This document shows, piece by piece, positions 62,071 through 64,000 of a DNA stretch of 64,000 nucleotides. The DNA is taken from assembly GCA_964016885.1 (NCBI GenBank), contig OZ024761.1, forward strand, positions 25,854,001-25,918,000, given 5' to 3'. This DNA comes from Eledone cirrhosa. Taxonomy: Eukaryota. Both the position numbers and the translations under genes were made by a program. The notes beneath the pieces were generated by a model. It searched no databases. It was not told the origin of the DNA and saw only the letters and a list, made by a program, of their open reading frames with translations. How positions within the stretch are numbered: the stretch's first letter is position 1; every line of letters starts with the position of its first letter.

Positions 62071-62278
62071 AACGATCGACTTTCATCAAATCGGACCGAG
62101 GAAACGATGTTTCCATTGGTCTTTCCAATTGTAATACTATCTATCGGTCGCAACTCCAGGTAGAAGGAGCAACATGAAATAAAGTGTCTTGCTCAAGGAT
62201 ATAATGTATCGCCCTCTCTGGGAATCGAACTCACAACCTCACGATTGTGAATCCAATTATCTAACCACTCAGCCACAC
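62071..62278 (-). mobile_element. SINE family B copy
   Basis: Homology to the other copies. Confidence 0.85.
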
Positions 62279-63660
62279 AGAGAGTATGTGTGTGTGTGTC
62301 TTTGTGTCTATCTGTATGTGGTATATGTACGTGTATGTCTTTGGAGTTGTCTGTCTACATGTGTGTTTGCGTATGTATTTTATTGAGCTCCATACCAAAC
62401 CAGAATAGTATTTCCTTCTACCACAACCACGAAGACAGCGGCGGTGGCGACTCCGGGCGGGAGAGCAAAAATTGAGATAACTGCATTACTTAAAAAACCC
62501 AAAATATGGAACCTCTTTAACGAAACGACGCCAGTAAATTTTGTCCAGACTCTTTATCGATTCTAAGAACTTATCCTGTGAAAATCCGTTAACAGTATAG
62601 TCAAATTGAAGAAAACTAAGCGTGATGTAATTTTGCCTAGTGTTGCAGTTTATCCCCTACGGTGAAATACCGTTACAATAGCAGTAAATTTCAATGCAAG
62701 TGTTATGTAATCCCAGTCTTGTATTAAGCACATTTTAAACATTGGACAGTTATGTTTCATTAATTTAAAATTAAATCTGTCAACTGTAGAGTAAATTGTT
62801 AAATTACCTTTAAAGTACAAGAGAACTAACGCGCATAAATACGGATGGCCAATATATTATATCCAACTCAATTTAGTTATTCCAATCTCTCTCTTTTTCT
62901 AGTACTCGCACACACACACGCTCTCTCTTTCTATCTATCTATCTATCTCTCTCACACTACTTTTTTCTCTCTTTTCATCTTCCCCGCTTTATCTCATTCT
63001 CTTTTCTCTTTCGTTCTTTCTCTCTCTATATATATATATGGGGTGGGGTGAATATATATTTATATATATATGAATCTATTGTTGTTTGAGATTCTTTTTC
63101 TCCGTTTGGAATTCGTACATTTTCTATAAAGATTTTCTAAGTATCCTGCGCTTCGATAGGCATTTATATAAATACATACATACATACATACATACATACA
63201 TACGTGTGTGGGGGGGGGGTATGTGTGTGTGTGTGTGTGTGTTTGGTGTGTGAGGGAGGGGTTTGTTTGTACTCACAAATCACATGATATAAAAATAATA
63301 CAAAATATAACATATACGTGGAGATTAATATGAATGTTTTTCGTAGCAACTGAAGCACTGAAGCGTTGGTTGGAGAAAATCCAGAGGCAGAACAGCAGAA
63401 TAATCCACAAGCATGGCTACATGGATCATGCATCTGCACACACTACTGAGCAAAGAACCTCCTCTCCCTGAAAAAACAAGGATTTCTAGGCATGCTGTGT
63501 TCTCTAATTGCGGTCTTCTTATAGTGAACACACGAAATCTCTTTACACACAGACAAATACAAATATAAGTATATATGTTTACACATATACACATATAGAC
63601 ATATACACACATACATACGCAAGGGTTTAAACAATCTCTCTCTCTCTATCTATGATTCTA

Positions 63661-63910
63661 AGAGGATGGGCTGGAATATTCATAGGTTGGCTATGAATGA
63701 GTGATGCTGGAGCTGTGAAATCTTGCATGCAATAATTTCAACTATTTTTTATTAAGAACTGCATCATTTTTTTCCAGGGACTATGTTGAAAAATAAACCT
63801 CATTTGGTTATTCCATGAGAATATCTTGGTCAATCTATGAAGGAATAACGCTAGGGCTATGAAATCTTGCATGCATTAATTTTCACCTAATTTTATTAAG
63901 AACTCCATAG
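63661..63910. mobile_element. Mariner-type MITE relative of 54103-54424 with partial internal duplication
   Basis: Shares gctgtgaaatc...gggactatgtt...aaacctcatttggt.attccatgaga. Confidence 0.7.
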
Positions 63911-64000
63911 GGTTTTCTTTATAAGTGGTCTTCATGAGTTTACATTAAGCAAGTCATAGTTTGATTTCCACAAAAGAAAATTAATGAATACAACAATAAA

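Noticed and set aside
62400-62480. GC-rich patch as a possible exon
   Set aside because: No convincing splice sites or recognisable protein similarity.
63330-63530. Possible coding exon
   Set aside because: No recognisable domain or clear splice boundaries.

Overview
Very AT-rich, repeat-dominated eukaryotic DNA with no recognisable host protein-coding exon. The extreme (TA)n load and the SINE families suggest a cephalopod (octopus-like) genome; this is inference. Nearly all ORFs in the track are microsatellite translations. Contents: simple and pentamer/20-mer satellites, a ~14 kb TA-derived tract with a 200-N gap, two abundant tRNA-derived SINE families, 3' fragments of RTE-, Tx1/L1- and R4/Dong-like LINEs, and several MITEs. 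The main hidden structure is a set of short, mostly TA-embedded elements that appear mutually unrelated by eye, carrying minimal type-I hammerhead ribozyme (HHR) motifs (stem I-CUGANGA-stem II-GAAA-very short stem III-NUH-stem I) and/or fold-back palindromes, as known for Penelope-like elements (PLEs) and retrozymes. Variants include U3-A8 covariant cores, a 33-nt tandem HHR, a mirrored double HHR, an HHR split by a SINE at its cleavage site, and a candidate HHR with its parts in a non-canonical order. All folds were read by eye and cleavage activity is untested.
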